Assembly (NCBI GenBank): GCA_022813865.1
Contig: JALDZX010000022.1
Coordinates: 1 to 64,000 of the forward strand
DNA: 64,000 nucleotides
DNA from: Xylographa opegraphella
Taxonomy: Eukaryota
Reading direction: 5' to 3'
Part shown: piece after piece, positions 1 through 13,952 of the stretch
Layout: each line of letters opens with the position of its first letter
Numbering within the stretch: the stretch's first letter is position 1
The notes under the pieces: generated by a model
Seen by the model: only the letters and a program-made list of their open reading frames with translations
Databases searched by the model: none
Told to the model about the DNA's origin: nothing
Translations under genes and position numbers: made by a program

Positions 1-1536
1 TATTTTAATATTGATTCAATCTATCTACTGTATGAATTTGAGCTCCATATATGCATTGGTTGTGGTGTGATTCGAAATTTGGTGTGGTGGTGGATTTTCG
101 ATGGGGGGCGTGCATTGAGTGGGACCGTGCACGGACCGAGGAACTCTTCTATCTTAGCGTTAAGATTTGCTTTCATCGCCCGCGAAACGACGAGCTGCTT
201 ATGCATGGCGTATCTCGGACTGAAAGCCATTCTGACACACAACAGCATTGGCAACTCGTCCAGACTATACGATTCAATGGTCTACGCTGTCAACTCAACG
301 TATCTCTCAAGGATTTTCCTATGTTTATTCTGCATCAATCATCTGCCTGCAATCATTCGTATGCATCTCGGCTTGGTGCTCTATACATTAACAGGCTCAC
401 TCCTATTTGAGATGTTCTCCAGAAGCTTCTTGTCTCTTCTCTATCTCCCTAAACCTATGACCTTCCTGCAGCCTGTTTCATTCTGTTGTGATCGAGATCC
501 TGAAGTCATTGTTCGTCCCTGCAAGACACAGAAGGCGACCAATCGAATACTTTCAGGAGCCTGTAAGCCAGTAAACAGGATACATTTCTAGAACTAACAT
601 CACTTCTCAGATCTGATCACACAATAGCAGGGCCGACTCTAAAATCTCTCAGCAGGCTCGATACTACGCCTACATTCTGCAGTAACGCATGACAATTGAG
701 CTTTAGGCATGGACGCCGATGTCGGCGCCTCGATAGTTAAAGCCGAACCACCACATTCGCCCTTTGCTGTGCAGCATGATCCTGCGAGATAGCTGACTCT
801 GCAGAAAAGACGGCATTAGCAGCACGACAGAAAACCGGGAAATCATCTCGGACGAGCACTCGGCAATGCAGCCAGGAGATCCACAGCAGCAAGCATACTG
901 CAGACGGTATTGCATCTATCGCGAAGCAGGGCGCGACCATACTGTACCAATCAGATGTGGAGAAGTGTTGTGCCTCCGCGTCGATTGACTTCGTCACCAC
1001 ATCCTGGTCGTCTGTCGTCAGTGGAGGCGGAGCCTGGGATTTGATAGCGCTTGTATGTAGTGTAGATCATGTGACATCGAGAACCATGATCTACAGTTAT
1101 ACATTCCTCTCAAATGTACCGAGCATACTCCGCAAGGCGGATCGTCTGACGAAACTGCAAGGCGCAAGCTGATCATCGATTCTATCGCCTATCATCTGAT
1201 GTCCACGCGAACCTTCACAGATATGTGCAGAAACTAGCTCTTGGATGCACTAAGGTAGGACCATACCGCCGATCTATTCCATGCAACTCTCTCCATGCCA
1301 GGCCCCCGCTACTGCTCTGCGTCTGCGTGCCTCTACCCCATAGACGCCGATCAATGCGTGCATCAGTTCGACCTCGCACCTCTAAACGTATGTCCACGGC
1401 GCACATTCTCCAGCGCCCCAAAATAAATGTATATTTACAAACGACACATGAAATTGCCACAGCCACAGTCCAGCTCCTCTTGCTACAGAAGTAGAAAGGA
1501 TACAGTGTCCAGGCATACTCCATAATCAAAATTTCT

Positions 1537-2810
1537 TCAGACAACCTCAGCGAGCCCCGAGCTCGAGCCAGGACGCACTCTCTTCGCGTCACGGTCAGCA
1601 CCAACAGATTCACTGGCCCGTCGTTTCGCCTTCTCACGATCATACTCTTCTTGTCGGACTGCCCGCCGCGCCTCCTTGTCTTTGCGTTCGTTTTCACGGC
1701 GGAGGGCTTTCGATTCGAACTCGTGCCAATCGCCTTGTAGATCCTTAAGTCTAGGACTTGTTAGCAAAGATGCCGGGAGTAATTGAGCATAGCTGTGGGG
1801 TAACTTACTCAACAGCCTGCACTGGCGCTGGCTCCTCCGTAGTGAAATACGGATGCTCTAGCACGTCCCCTGCCGTTGGTCGCTTCGCCGGATCGTATAA
1901 TAGCATGGCTTGCATCAGCTCAAAAGCCTGAGGTGTCAGACGGTCCCGATACTTCTCAGCGAAGACATTTGGCTTCTTTTCGGTCGGTCGTAGCAGTTCA
2001 AACCAAGCCATATCCACCAAGCCCGGCCATTCTGCCCTTGTCGGTGTCCCAAGTATATTATAGACTTTTTCGAGCTGGTTGATCTCACCTCCATCTCCCG
2101 GAAATATTGCATGCTTCGTAAATATTTCAATCATGACACAGGCTGCACTCCAGATATCCACCGCAGGTCCGTATTGTGTTTCTCCCAATAACAGTTCTGG
2201 AGGTCGGTACCATATTGTGATGACCCGATTCGTATAATCAAGCTGCCGCCGTTTAGCGTAGAAGCGCGCAAGACCGAAATCTGCTAGCTTGAGCTGACCA
2301 GTGTTGCTGACAAGGATATTAGCAGCCTTAATATCCCTATGCAGCACGCCCCGTCGGTGCAAGTAGTCGAGTCCTTCGAATAATTGCTTGGCCAAATGCT
2401 TCTTGTGCGATTGCTCAAGCTTGAAAGTTGGATGATTCAGAAGTCCAGTGAGATCGTGGGATAAGTATTCGAATACCATAAAGCAATCGTTCTTTTCCAC
2501 CATGACTTCTTGTAAGCTGACGATGTTGTCGTGCTTCAAGGATTGGAGGAGTTTGATCTCCCGGACCGCCGTGACGGGAAACCCGTCCTTTTCTCCTTCC
2601 ATCCTAATTTTCTTGAGGGCTACTAAGCTCTTCGTATATACGTGTATCGCTTTGAAAACTTTGCCATAAGTACCTGAACCGACGACCGACTCGTTACCAG
2701 GCTTTCTGTAGTATACGGAATCAGAGGCCGCAAAATCGGGCGGTAATGTAGGCCTTGGCTTCATGCGCTTCATAATCTTCTTTATTTTTTTCAGCTCTGG
2801 TGACTTTTCC

Positions 2811-2843
<33 letters not shown>

Positions 2844-5149
2844 TCCCTCTCCTTCTCCCTCTCCTTCTCCTTCTCCTTCTCTTTGTCAGGCCGTCTTTCT
2901 GTATAATGCTCACTCCTCCGATCCTCACGATGTTCTCTATCATTCCAACGTTCATCTCTGTAGCGATAATCATCCCGGTATTCACGATCTCGTCTATCAT
3001 CTCTCCGATCAATGCGAGTTTCCGTACGACGTTCAGGGCGTGATCTTGGTGCTATAGCTTCCCTCGAAGATGCAATAAATCCACCCCTGCCCTTGGTATG
3101 TTCTACTTGCGTCTCTTTTCGTGGTGGCGGAGGTTCTTTCATTTTCTGCGCAAGATCGGGGACAGGTTTTGCTGCGGGTGGAGGGGCAGCCTTAGCTTTA
3201 AAAGCGAAGCTGAATTTTGAGCCTTCTTTTGATCGTTGCGAGTTTTCAGAAGTGTGTCTCAAGGGTGGTGCCATCTGAGTTCCTTCCACAGGTTTTTCCT
3301 CCCCTGTTTCAATATCTTTAGCGCTCTGATCTTCAACTTGGAGGTCTTTCGACGGGCGGAAAGGGTTGTCGTCGTCCGGAGGTAATGGAGCAAGTCGCTC
3401 TGTGTGATGCTGCTGTTGAACCGGAGGTGGGCTCTGCGAGTGACCACTCTGCTGATGTGGGGTGCCATGGCTCTGGTCACTTTGCCCTCGGCCACGAGTG
3501 CCTCCATTAGCTGTCCATTGTAGATTTTGGAAATGTCCGCCACGGCCTCGTGGTGCCTGCACAGTGTAATTAGCAGGACCCGAGGCAGAGAACCTTCGAT
3601 CCTGCCCTTGGCCAAAATGCCCACCCCGCATTCCATTATGTCCTCCTCGATAAGAAGGACTTTGAAAACCGGGTTGCATCTGCTGAGGAGCAGGAGTGTA
3701 TGGAGAATGTTGAGGATTGGGGTAGTATTGTCCATGAGCACCATTTGGAGGATAGCTGTTTTGACGGAAAGGAGGCGAATACGCATTTATAGGTTGCCTG
3801 GGTTGATAGTCAGCAGACTGCTGACAGCTACAGAATAGACATGCTACTTACGCTGGTTGTCCATGATATTGTTGCTGCTGTTGGCCAGCCCATCCTCCTC
3901 GGCCATGGTTGTAAGGTGATGCCGATTGTGGAGATCCATGATGAGACGATGTAGGGGTCATGTATTGTGGGGAAGCAGCATACTGTTGACGAGTATCGAT
4001 ATGCGATGGGATTCGCCTTTGCGTTTGATGCATGTCACTTGCTTTCATGCCATGCATCGGGAAAGCATCCCGGATATGGGAATCTGCTGATCCATTACTA
4101 TCGTCAAAGCTAGGGATAGGTCGAGGTGGTGACAGTTGGCGGGGTTGTTCATCAAGAATCGACTGGATTGGACGTGTAGACGACTGCATCCTCCTATCGT
4201 CTGTGCTTGTTCGTTTTTGTGAAGGAGATGAGTCTCGGGTGGATTTGAAGTTTATTGGCTTCGTCACCAGGTGCTTCAGAGTGCGCAGTTTCTGCTTCTC
4301 AGATCGCTTTGATGATTTAGTCTCCTTTGCCGGATAATTAGATCTCTCTGGAGAACGGTCGCGGCGGCTAGTGTCAACAGGAGACAGTTTTCTAGACCTA
4401 CGAGGTGAATCCCGTCTGGTTTCCCGTGACCTTCGATGATGCTCTTCCCGTTGTTCGTGCCTAGATCGCGAAGGTGAAGACCTTTTCGATACCTCAGGGC
4501 GATAGTTATCCCGTAGTTCTGGTGACCTTGAGCGTCCCCGCCGAGATTGCGGCACGTAAGAATCGCGTGTGGACCGATCCTGGGATGTTGATACACGTTC
4601 GTAGGATCCTAACCGTTTATCTCTTCGGGGCGAGTGATAAGGAGAATAGGCTCTCTCCCAACGTCTGCCACCCGAGTCTACTCCTCTATCGGTATGACCT
4701 GGACTTCGAGCTCTCCTGCGCTCGGGACTGTAGTGACGTTGTCGAAGCTCGGGAGTGGGACTACGTGATCTCCTGTGGGATTTGGTGGAAGGAGACGGTT
4801 CTCGAGGTCGATTTCGCTTCGGGAGCCTCTCTCTGCTCAATTCCCTTGCGCGGTGTGACCCCTCACCGTCGTCTCTGGCTTGCGGTGAATGAGGCAAGAC
4901 CTTGTGCTCAACCCGGTGCGAGCGCTGTGTTGGCTCCCTCTGCCTCGATGTAGCCCGTCTGCTACTTTCAGCTGTAGCTCTGCCCTTGATCTTCAAACCC
5001 TCGCCAGTTTTTTCAGAGCGTCGGGCTGGAATGGGCGAAAAATCTCGTGGCACTGTCCTTTCCCTCTCTGTATGGTTGCGAGAATGCCTGTAATGGTCTT
5101 CTGCTCTCCACGGATCTCTCATCAACGGGCTCCGTCGCGACGCAGCCAT
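1537..5149 (-). CDS. CTK1: CTD kinase I catalytic subunit (CDK12/13-like); exons 5149-3852, 3797-1809, 1750-1537
   Basis: Kinase motifs GSGTYGKV, GFPVTAVREIKLL, HRDIKAAN, DFGLAR, YTNRVITIWYRPPE. RS-rich N-terminus. Two GTAAGT...YAG introns with GCTGAC/GCTAAC branch sites join three ORFs in frame. Confidence 0.93.
2806..2883 (-). repeat. Coding (GA)n/GAGAAG microsatellite encoding an E/K/R low-complexity tract in CTK1
   Basis: Visible (CT)n and CTCCTT repeats on the + strand; translates as KEKEKEKEREKERERERE. Confidence 0.9.
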
Positions 5150-6771
5150 GTAATCGCTGCAGTCATTGCATCAGTTGGTGAGAGTCAGTTTTGATCGACA
5201 TCGGTGTTCTTCCATTCGCCAAATCGTGCCAAGGTGAGCAAGGATCAGAGGTAGATATTTTGGGAGACGCTAAGAAATGGTGGAGACGACGTACCTTGCT
5301 GAAGCCCACTGTCCGTATTGGTCCATCGATGTGTCGAGAGCCTGCTCCGTAGAGATCGTACTGTCAGGAGATTCGCTCCCAGCCGTACCTACAGATTTGT
5401 TGTTGTGTATTCGCAATTTACGTGATTTGTAGTTTTGCTGGCCAACGTGCAGCGTGCAAGCAACGAGCCGGCTTGCGGTGCATCTAGTCCACCGAGAGGG
5501 TGCCTCTAATCGCCTGGCTCATATCACGGCATCTCAAGTCAAAGCATATCTATCTACGGAAGACCAAGTGTATCCACGGGAGAGCACGCAGACGTTCAAC
5601 CGCTCTAGCCCGGATATCGTGAGCACGCAGAAGCCACCTTGTCCAGCTCCTTTCCACCTTGTTCATCTTCTTCTAGCTTGTGCTTTGACCACAAACTGCT
5701 GCTCAATATCGGAGCAGCATGGGTTTCATAAGAAGTGCCACTTCTGACTCCTGTAAAGTCGTAACACAAGATACCCGGCCGCAACATTCGAAAAGATCTA
5801 TGGTCACCGCACTCAATGTGAGGAAATGATGAGGCTTCGCGGAGAGCCAGACTGTACTTAATTCCCAGGAGGAGATTCGAATGCAAGTGTCTGAATTGGG
5901 GTGGGCGATCCATTCTCAACTGGACGATAATCTCACGTAGTCATAAGGAGAAGCCTGATAGTGGATGCCACCTCGACCAGAATATCCTCACCAGCGATTT
6001 TTTCTCCGGTCAGACGTTAGGTAGCTCTTATGCAGCTCGTCTATAGCTCGCTGAGCCTGCCGCTCGTTTCGGCATAGACATAGATTACTGAGTTGGTTTC
6101 TGTCGAGATCAGATTCGTGATGCTCAACGCCGTAACATCGTTTCAGAAGTCTAAAGCCGCATAGGAAATCTCTCGGGCTGTTAAGTTATCCGCACGGTAT
6201 GTTTGGTGCTTTCCTTCGATTGAAGAGACACCGGAGCAAGTCTCACGTTCAAGGAGTCCACGCCGTAGTTCTTGATCTTGGGCCCCACCATATTTCACCG
6301 GTCGCATTGACCTCGCGTACCACTCTCAACCACGGACCAAATCGCTACCATGGAAATCCGATCGTTGTGGATCGTGGCAATACTACAGACTGATGGTTAT
6401 ATGATTTGTGAGCAGCAACAAAGGCAAATTGTGTCGTGTTTCATCTACAACAAACAGAAGAATTTACTCTGGAGACATCACGTTGAGCGAGGAATCGGCA
6501 AATTATACACTAGTCAATTTGCAGACTAGACTAGCACTATTCGGTTCGAGCTCCTGTCGACAGCTGCATGACATCCTCATCCAGCATGACATCCTCATCC
6601 AGTATGACAGTGATCATTGCACCGAAGCGTATGAACTCAAAAGTGTGCCCAGAAAGTTATCTCCAGAACAATTTGGCCAGACCGAAGAACGCAGACCTGG
6701 AGTGATTCCACGTTATCCCAGTTCAACACTTCTCTGAAGAAGCACATGAAGAATTGTGTTTCCTTCTTCTT

Positions 6772-8145
6772 TTAGCCTCTCAATTCCAAATCATCCGGAT
6801 CCACCACGTCTTCGTCCTCAGTTTCGTCGTCGTCCGAAGAATCATCCGTATCACTCCATGCTTCTTCCTCTTCGTCGTCAAGAGGCTGCCCCGGCCAGAT
6901 ATCCCTAAACGACTTGCTATGTATGTTACCAAATAGCAGCATATCCACCAGCCTATCGTGCATAGGTAGTTTTCTCCGCATCGCTTCTCTCAATATAAGA
7001 GTGTCGGGAGGGATGATCTTCTGTACGCCTTTGCCATAACCCTCGTATTGTAACGCCCCAATGTGTTCCGGCGGAAGGCCGCAGATTGATAGATGACGAT
7101 GCTCCGGAAGAGGTCGCCATTTCCAGTTCACGTACATCCGCATCATATCAAACTGGTTGCATAATTCCTCTCTCTTCAAGACTTGCCAAAGTGTGGTGAA
7201 ACCGGGTTGAGTCATGAGTATCCTCAGCATCAATGTCTCCCCTTTACCGCTCACAGGGTCGGTGAGATGCATGTCCAGCTTTGGAAGAAACCATGTTGCG
7301 TAGACAAGGTCTCTATTCGTCCAAAAGTTCTTGTTGTGCATCAATCCTACGCGTCTACCATTGTCGGGGATACCCATAACTACCCATAATTTTTTCATTA
7401 CAACACTGCAGCGGCTTGGAAGATGATGGCCTTCGCTCTTCAATATACAGAGTATTTCGTCCACGACACGTTCGCGGTGTAGAACCATGGCCAGCAACTT
7501 GAACGTCGGAACATCGCGAGCCGGTTTTCCAATTTGTCCGTTCTGGAGTAGTCTAGGCCTGGCTTCTTCATTGCGTCTCTCAGCAGGATCGTCTTGACAC
7601 AGATTTTTGTACATCTTCCACTTGAATATCTCCGTCGATTCTTTGGCCTTGCTGAGAGATTGACCAAGGATCATTGCGGTGAAGTTACGGTCGCAGAATT
7701 CGTGGAAATCTTTACTGATAGCGTACAATGACAGGAGTTCCTCGACCTCAAGATTTGCGGAAAACACTTGCAGAATTTCTGAATGGTTAAAGAAGGCTTT
7801 GAAGATGTTGAACTTATTGAAGTCGAATTCATGCTCAGGTGGCTCGTCGGAGTCTACTTCAGATTCCAAATCACTATCGGGTATTTCTGAGGTCCTCTGT
7901 CGCTTGTACTGGTGCTGAGGCGAGCGACTCGTTCGACGATGGTATAAGCTTCCCCGCATTTGAGACAAAGTAATAACTGGAAGGTCACCATAATGCGCAG
8001 TTTTGCTTGCACCGGCGGCAGTCGCTGGATGACTGAAAGTTTCGCCCGCGCCCGCTGCGAGACCATTCAGAGGCAGGCCTGGATTCCTTGATTGTCTGGG
8101 TGACACATCCTGTGCATTAAGTATCTTGCTGAGCGGCAAAGCCAT
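6772..8145 (-). CDS. Hypothetical protein, 457 aa, with a possible F-box-like segment and an acidic C-terminus
   Basis: Long ATG-initiated ORF with protein-like composition. The segment EILQVFSANLEVEELLSLYAISKDFHE resembles an F-box (inference). Confidence 0.75.
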   Translation of the reverse strand: MALPLSKILNAQDVSPRQSRNPGLPLNGLAAGAGETFSHPATAAGASKTAHYGDLPVITLSQMRGSLYHRRTSRSPQHQYKRQRTSEIPDSDLESEVDSDEPPEHEFDFNKFNIFKAFFNHSEILQVFSANLEVEELLSLYAISKDFHEFCDRNFTAMILGQSLSKAKESTEIFKWKMYKNLCQDDPAERRNEEARPRLLQNGQIGKPARDVPTFKLLAMVLHRERVVDEILCILKSEGHHLPSRCSVVMKKLWVVMGIPDNGRRVGLMHNKNFWTNRDLVYATWFLPKLDMHLTDPVSGKGETLMLRILMTQPGFTTLWQVLKREELCNQFDMMRMYVNWKWRPLPEHRHLSICGLPPEHIGALQYEGYGKGVQKIIPPDTLILREAMRRKLPMHDRLVDMLLFGNIHSKSFRDIWPGQPLDDEEEEAWSDTDDSSDDDETEDEDVVDPDDLELRG

Positions 8146-8767
8146 TGCTGATGGACACCAGCGTGCGTTTCAGAACGATATAAAACGATTTTTTGAATTT
8201 TAGTGATGGTTTACAGGATGAAGAAGCTGAAGTAGCAGAACTGTTGAGATAAAGGGATGCTGAAGACATGGCCAGGTTAAATAAAGAGTGTGGCTGGACA
8301 CTTTCGTGCTAACAGACGCGTAGACTGGATCTGCTGCTTATTATATTCAAAAGCGATCGACTTGTTAGGGATAGCGTTTTATTCACGGTTGTCGTAATTT
8401 GTTGATGGCGTATTATGGGATTGAAGCACAGTGAAACACAATTTCATTAGAACAAGCTGGAAGTGTTGAGGCGTAAGATCTAAGACACCGCAGTGTCTAT
8501 CAAAAAAAGTCTCAAACAATCATTATCAAACGCAGCCGGCACGTTAGTAGTACAAGTGAACATTCTTTCGTGCCCTGGGCCATTACATTCCAGCACGGCC
8601 GTTGAGGGCACACAATCTAGGACCACCTCTATTTTTTCATCATCGTCCAGCCAGCACTTGGCTTCGGTACAGTGGATGAACACCGCAAACTCCACGAAAA
8701 GAACTCCACGAAAAGTTAGATTTCCTGTTCCGCCAAGAACGTTATCGAGATCGGCAAATAGAGTGGT

Positions 8768-9848
8768 TTATCGTCTGTTCAGGAGGCTCAGAAATTCCTC
8801 GCGAGTCTTTGCACTTGACCGCATACAACCTAACATGCAGCTTGTGGTTGTCGTTGCCCCAGTTTTCTGGACGCCTCGCATGACCATGCACAGGTGAGAC
8901 GACTCCATGACTACAGCAACCCCCAACGGTTTTAGAACCTCAGCAATAGCAAGCGCAACCTGTTTTGTTAGACGTTCCTGAACCTGCAGCCGTCGGGAGA
9001 ACATCTCCGCTAGGCGAGCGAGCTTGGATAAGCCTAAGACGCGTCTATTTGGAATATATCCAATATGCATCTAGATTTACTATATCAGTATGATCCAATA
9101 TATTTGAGATTTGCCGTACACACTTTGCCTGTAAATGGTACCATATGATGCTCACACAAAGAAAATACCTCAATATCTTTCACTATTACAAGCTCATCAT
9201 GATCCTCATGAAAGACCGCACCATTGACTAAATCCCGTACATTCTCTTCATATCCTTTGGTGAAGAAGAGCATAGCTTTAGCGTAGCGCTCAGGTGTTCC
9301 TCTTAAACCTTCCCTTCCTGGATCCTCACCTATGCATTCGAGTATTGTCTTGACAGCTCCCTCAAGCTTTGCTAGTCGTTCTGCAGCTTGTTCGGGGGTA
9401 GAATCGAGGCGTTCTCGTGTGCCAAGGCCTAGATAAACGAGCTTAGCCTCCACAATGCCCGGGGTTCTCAATGCTTACTAGGCCAGCTGAGCCCGTCAAA
9501 ATCAATGGGCGGGTTCAGAGTATAGGGGCTGGCCGGAAGGCTTGCAATCTGCGACGATGTTGACTGAATCTCATCTCTAGGATCTCTAGCAGCTTCACTA
9601 AGACTCAAGGGTATCCTTGGTCGTGTTGAATGTGTATGCGGTCTTGCATATTGTTCATCGGCATTGACATGCCCGTCTTGTATGTGATCCAAATATATAG
9701 GCTGTCGCTCATAACTAGATGATTCGATTGACGCTGCAAGTCGTTGCCGCTCTTTCGACCCTATCGAGTTGTGTAGCGGCGAATTACCGTTCATAAGATG
9801 CGATGGTAAGCTAGATTTCGGCATTGGTAGTGGACGAGTCAAGTCCAT
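8768..9848 (-). CDS. FOL2: GTP cyclohydrolase I; exons 9848-9479, 9428-9124, 9070-8768
   Basis: Motifs [63 protein letters not shown]. Two GT-AG introns keep the frame. Confidence 0.96.
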
Positions 9849-10803
9849 TTGACTAAATTTCTGGTTCTGATAGTATAAGCTACTGCTCCATCCCGGAGAA
9901 GGTGAAGAGATCAGCTACGATATAAATACATAGTAGGGGAAGAAAGTTTGCTGGAACAATCAGCTGAACAGTGGTGTCAGGATTCCGACTGTCCCGCATG
10001 GCTGGGTAAGCTAATAATATTTCCCTTGGCAGTCAGAACTTCTAGCGCGCTGGTAAGCGCATCAAGCGCGGTACGGGAAAATTAAATCCAAAGAAAGTGA
10101 GCACCCACGGCAAAGGTAGGTGGTTACCAGTAATCTCTTGCTGTCAATCGCTGTAAAAAGCACGTCGGCGAGTGCCTGGTTCTATTATAGATTATAATTA
10201 GAATGTTCTCAAAGACAAAACACCAGGATCAAGGCCCCTGTATCTCTGGAAGCGGTAAATGTCTTCAGTCAATACAATCATATCCCAGAATTCATGGAAT
10301 TGAGAAAAACACTCGTTCTCAAGCGATCAGCAACGTTAGAAGATATTTGACCGATGTATGATTTTGCTGCAAGTCTTGCAGACCCTTTTGCGCTCAATGA
10401 TCTTAATATCTGGACGGAACTTCCAGTCGCAGCCAAGATAATCACCTTTGTTAATGCAAAGCTCTAGAGCGGCAGTTGCATGTCTACAGCCATTACGTCG
10501 GCCACTTTCGCATTCCGTTTCTGCTCAGCTCTTTTTTTATGCTCAATTCTGAAATTATTTTCTAATGTTTGGAAACAGGTATGTACAAGGTCAGGGCCTA
10601 GTTGAGGAATTATTTACGGCGCAGTTCAATGCAAAGTGGCGTCCGCCTTCTCGAGCTGTCCCACTTCCCGAGCTGTCCCACTTCCTTACCATCTATAGCC
10701 CATCATCAAGAAGCAAAATCTCGCACTCTAATCGAATGCGTGTACGCAAGGCTGTTGTCCAGTTTGCTATCCTGTATAGAGCACCATAGCCAAGTATCCT
10801 TCC

Positions 10804-11392
10804 TTGTTTCCGATCAGCATTGCCACTTCCCATGCCCCGTTCCCGCACGCCCTTTCTTGCCATTGCTCCACCGTCCGCCTCACGGTTCTTATGCCTCCTC
10901 TTGCACCCAGAGGAATCAGCACCTGCTCCTGTAGTATCTGCACGTGCAATGGCTACGCACTTGTATACCAGCCACTAGTGCCCTAACGTGGTTGTCTGGA
11001 GAGGAAACCCTGGCAACATACCAGTTCGGGCCAAACCATAATGACCACTTGTTCTGCAGAACATGTGGGAGCAGCATACTTTGTGATCCGCGAGCGAGAT
11101 ATCGAGCAGTGAAGGCGTTCAGGAAGGTGGAAGACATGGTGGGTGTGAACGTGAGTGTACTTCCATAGGGTGTTTGTTCGCAGGAGGAGGCAAGCCGTGT
11201 CTGGAGAATCAAGAGAAGGCTTCGTGTATCAAACAACTGACAGGTGGACGTTGGTAGGTGAGAATGATTGATGGGGTGGAAATGGGGAGCTTGCAGTTCA
11301 CGGACTTAGGATCTGATCTAAAGGCTGCGGCGGAGGAGGCGAGCGGCAAGTTTGCTGGAGATATGAACAATCGGGATTTGATTCATGGCTGA
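10804..11392 (+). pseudogene. GFA/CENP-V (Mss4-like) zinc-binding protein with a -1 frameshift at about 10968; intron 11151-11257; start codon uncertain
   Basis: SCHC...CSCSIC.NGY in one frame and YQFG...HLFCRTCGS...VGVN|VRMIDGV in another. The two frames overlap by one C at 10968. Confidence 0.7.
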
Positions 11393-12067
11393 TCACACGA
11401 TCATGACATCGTCTGAAATGTCTAGCTGAAGAAAAAGGCTATGCAGAATCTTGAGGGATCCCTCGATGAGGTCACGGCAGGCTCCTGGCTTCTTGGCGAT
11501 GAAAGCAATCCAATATCTGCAACCAGCTTTCTGTGTAATTGGGGTGGCTACCGTTTCACGAGTAAGCTCGCCGGCCTCAAAGCTGGGTACGGAGCTTCAA
11601 TGCCCAAGGACTTTGAGCGGAACGAGCAACACGATATGGAAAGATCTTTCATGTGAGAAAAGTGTGTGAATCATGGGTGCTTGTAACTTCGTCACATACC
11701 ATCCAACAGTTCTCTGTTTTTTCGCCCCATGAGCAGTCCGTAGGGCTCAGTAATTCCGTCACATTGTTTGTTCTTGATACAAGAACAAATCACTGACTCA
11801 AGTCCGCATCCCACTCAGTCTGCAGATCGAAACCTTACTTGTTCCGTAGACTGGGTCCCGAATAGACGTCCTTGGTAGGACAGTTTTTTGTACTTGGCAA
11901 GCAATGCTTCATTGAGGAGGAGGCCTCGAACGGCAAGCCACTGCCACCTTGATCATAGCGGCAGGTTTTTATCCATTCAGCAATTGCCTCCTCGATCGTA
12001 TAAAGTTCCAATATGCCGTGGCTCTCTCCCTCCCGCCTTGAAGCTGTTGTACTGTCTCTTATCTCTT

Positions 12068-12826
12068 TCAGGGTTTCTCCGCAATATTCAGGCCTTCCAT
12101 CCCACTTCCCACCTCGAGGCCTGCTTCTTTTCCCTCTCTCATCTCCTCTTCCTCACTTTCCTCGTCTGCCGAATTTCTATCAATCCCACTCCCCACCACC
12201 TTTTCCAGCCCCTTCCCTTCCATCAGTACCCATCGGCTCACCTCCTCCTTCCCGTTAGCTTCCGCCTCGTATATCGCATCATGTCCGGCGTTATTGATAA
12301 TAGTCGGGTCCGCTCCAGCCGCGAGGAGTACCTTCGCAGCCTCGAGATGGCCGTTCAGACAAGCGTAATGGAGAGCCGTGTTGCCTGCCAGGTTGCGGAC
12401 GGAGATGAGTGAGCTAGGTGCTGTTACGGAAGAAGACGGGTGATTAGAAGGTGCTATAGGCTCGTTGCTTGGCAGTAAAAGCTCAAAGGAGAGGAGATGG
12501 TGGATAACTCCTAAAAGGGGTGATCAGCGGCTGGAGTTGTGGTAATGCCCATGGAGTGGTGGAAGGGCAAGCTGGTGGAATCGGACTGGATGTTGATGAC
12601 TGGCGCGATCTGTACCTGTATGTCCGTTTGCGGCGGCCATATGAAGCGGGCCATTATGAGTATCGGGGTCGTAGGCATTGACGAGGATTGTAGAGGGGGT
12701 GGTATTGTAGGTGATTGCAGTAGAGTGCAGGAGATCCGAGAGGTCGGAGACTGAGTTCGTGCGGGCGAAATACAAAACGTCGTCGATGGTGTCGGGAGAA
12801 AGGTTCAAGTCACTAGATAAGGCCAT
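12068..12826 (-). CDS. YAR1: Ankyrin-repeat protein, Yar1-like (Rps3 chaperone); exons 12826-12616, 12510-12068
   Basis: DDVLYFAR, NGPLHMAAANGH, GNTALHYACLNGHLEAAKVLLAAGADP and an acidic tail. Intron GTACAG...GCTGAT...TTTTAG. Confidence 0.85.
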
Positions 12827-13126
12827 CGTGAATTGAAACTACCAATTCGAAGTGGTAAAAAAAAGTACAAGATTTGGGAATGACGGGTGCCAGAATCTCC
12901 ACGATATCGACGAACTTCGAGCATTAAGGTACTGTCACAGCTAATATGCTTAAACATAAAGTGGCAGCTGCTGCCCTTGTGGAAATACGATATTCTACGT
13001 AAGGCCTTGGGAGCGCATTTCGGAATGCTGCCTCATTCTTAGAGTAAAACGCCATTTCAAATGATACACTTATGATATCCGACGGACATCAAATCATCAT
13101 TTCTGCTAACACAAAGAAAACTACAT

Positions 13127-13952
13127 TCAATCCCTAAGCCATGCCCGTCTCTTCTCCTCTTTCTTCTCCTTTCTCTTTTCCTTAAATGCCTTCAGCTCTT
13201 GTTTAGTCAACTTCTTCCCACTCCGTTCTGCCTTCAGACTCTTCCCATTATGGCTGTTGGCTGCGGCATCAACATCAAAGAAAGCACTCATCTGTCGCTT
13301 ACTCTTATTCTCGTCATTGAAGTTCTCCGGGGTAAGGGCGGCAGCCTGCCACTTTCCAGTAAACCGATTGAAAGCGCCTGTCGCAGCGTAAATAGCGGAG
13401 GGATCGTCTGCCGGAATAGCTCCTTCTTCAGGAACTTGAGACTCTTGCGCATAAGGGGCCGTGGGATCGTAGTCACCATGTATCGATGGATCATATCCGC
13501 CGTATGGCCGCCGTATCGGAGGGTCCTCGGTCCCTGGGGCTTTATTGGGTATTCTGTCGTAGTTGCCAACACCCGGTGGACCTGGCTGTGGTATCTCATC
13601 GGGCACTCGAGGATTCATCCATTGAGATACGCCTGTAAAGCGATTATGAAAATAGAAGGCCTGTGCGTTCTCGTCCCAAACAGGTGCCCATCCATCATCT
13701 GGGATGGCGGCTGGCGGTGGTTCCTCCGGCAATGGTGGTGGTGCATTTTCTTGAGGTACCGGCGGTCGACCGGAACCCACTGATTTCTCTGTACTCGAGT
13801 CTTCCTCTACTACCTGCTCAGAGTCTTTGACTCGGTTAGCAGTGGGTGATGCTGCATCTGAAGCGCTTCTCACCATGACCACGCTTAAGGGCAAGCGTAG
13901 CCTCCGTCTCGTTCACAGGTGAAGCGCTTTTGCTGTCGCGTTCTATTGCCAT
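13127..13952 (-). CDS. WW-domain protein; exons 13952-13874, 13824-13127
   Basis: WW motif DDGWAPVWDENAQAFYFHNRFTGVSQWMNP and a basic C-terminus (KKEEKRRAWLRD). Intron GTGAGA...GCTAAC...AAG. Confidence 0.85.

Noticed and set aside
21..1500. Short ORFs at the window start
   Set aside because: No recognisable homology or gene structure.
5826..5894. ATGATGA...CTGA possible C/D snoRNA
   Set aside because: No convincing terminal stem or recognisable rRNA guide; such short motifs occur by chance.
6566..6608. 18-bp tandem duplication GCATGACATCCTCATCCA (a similar short one lies near 8688-8715)
   Set aside because: Ordinary slippage duplication with no further structure.
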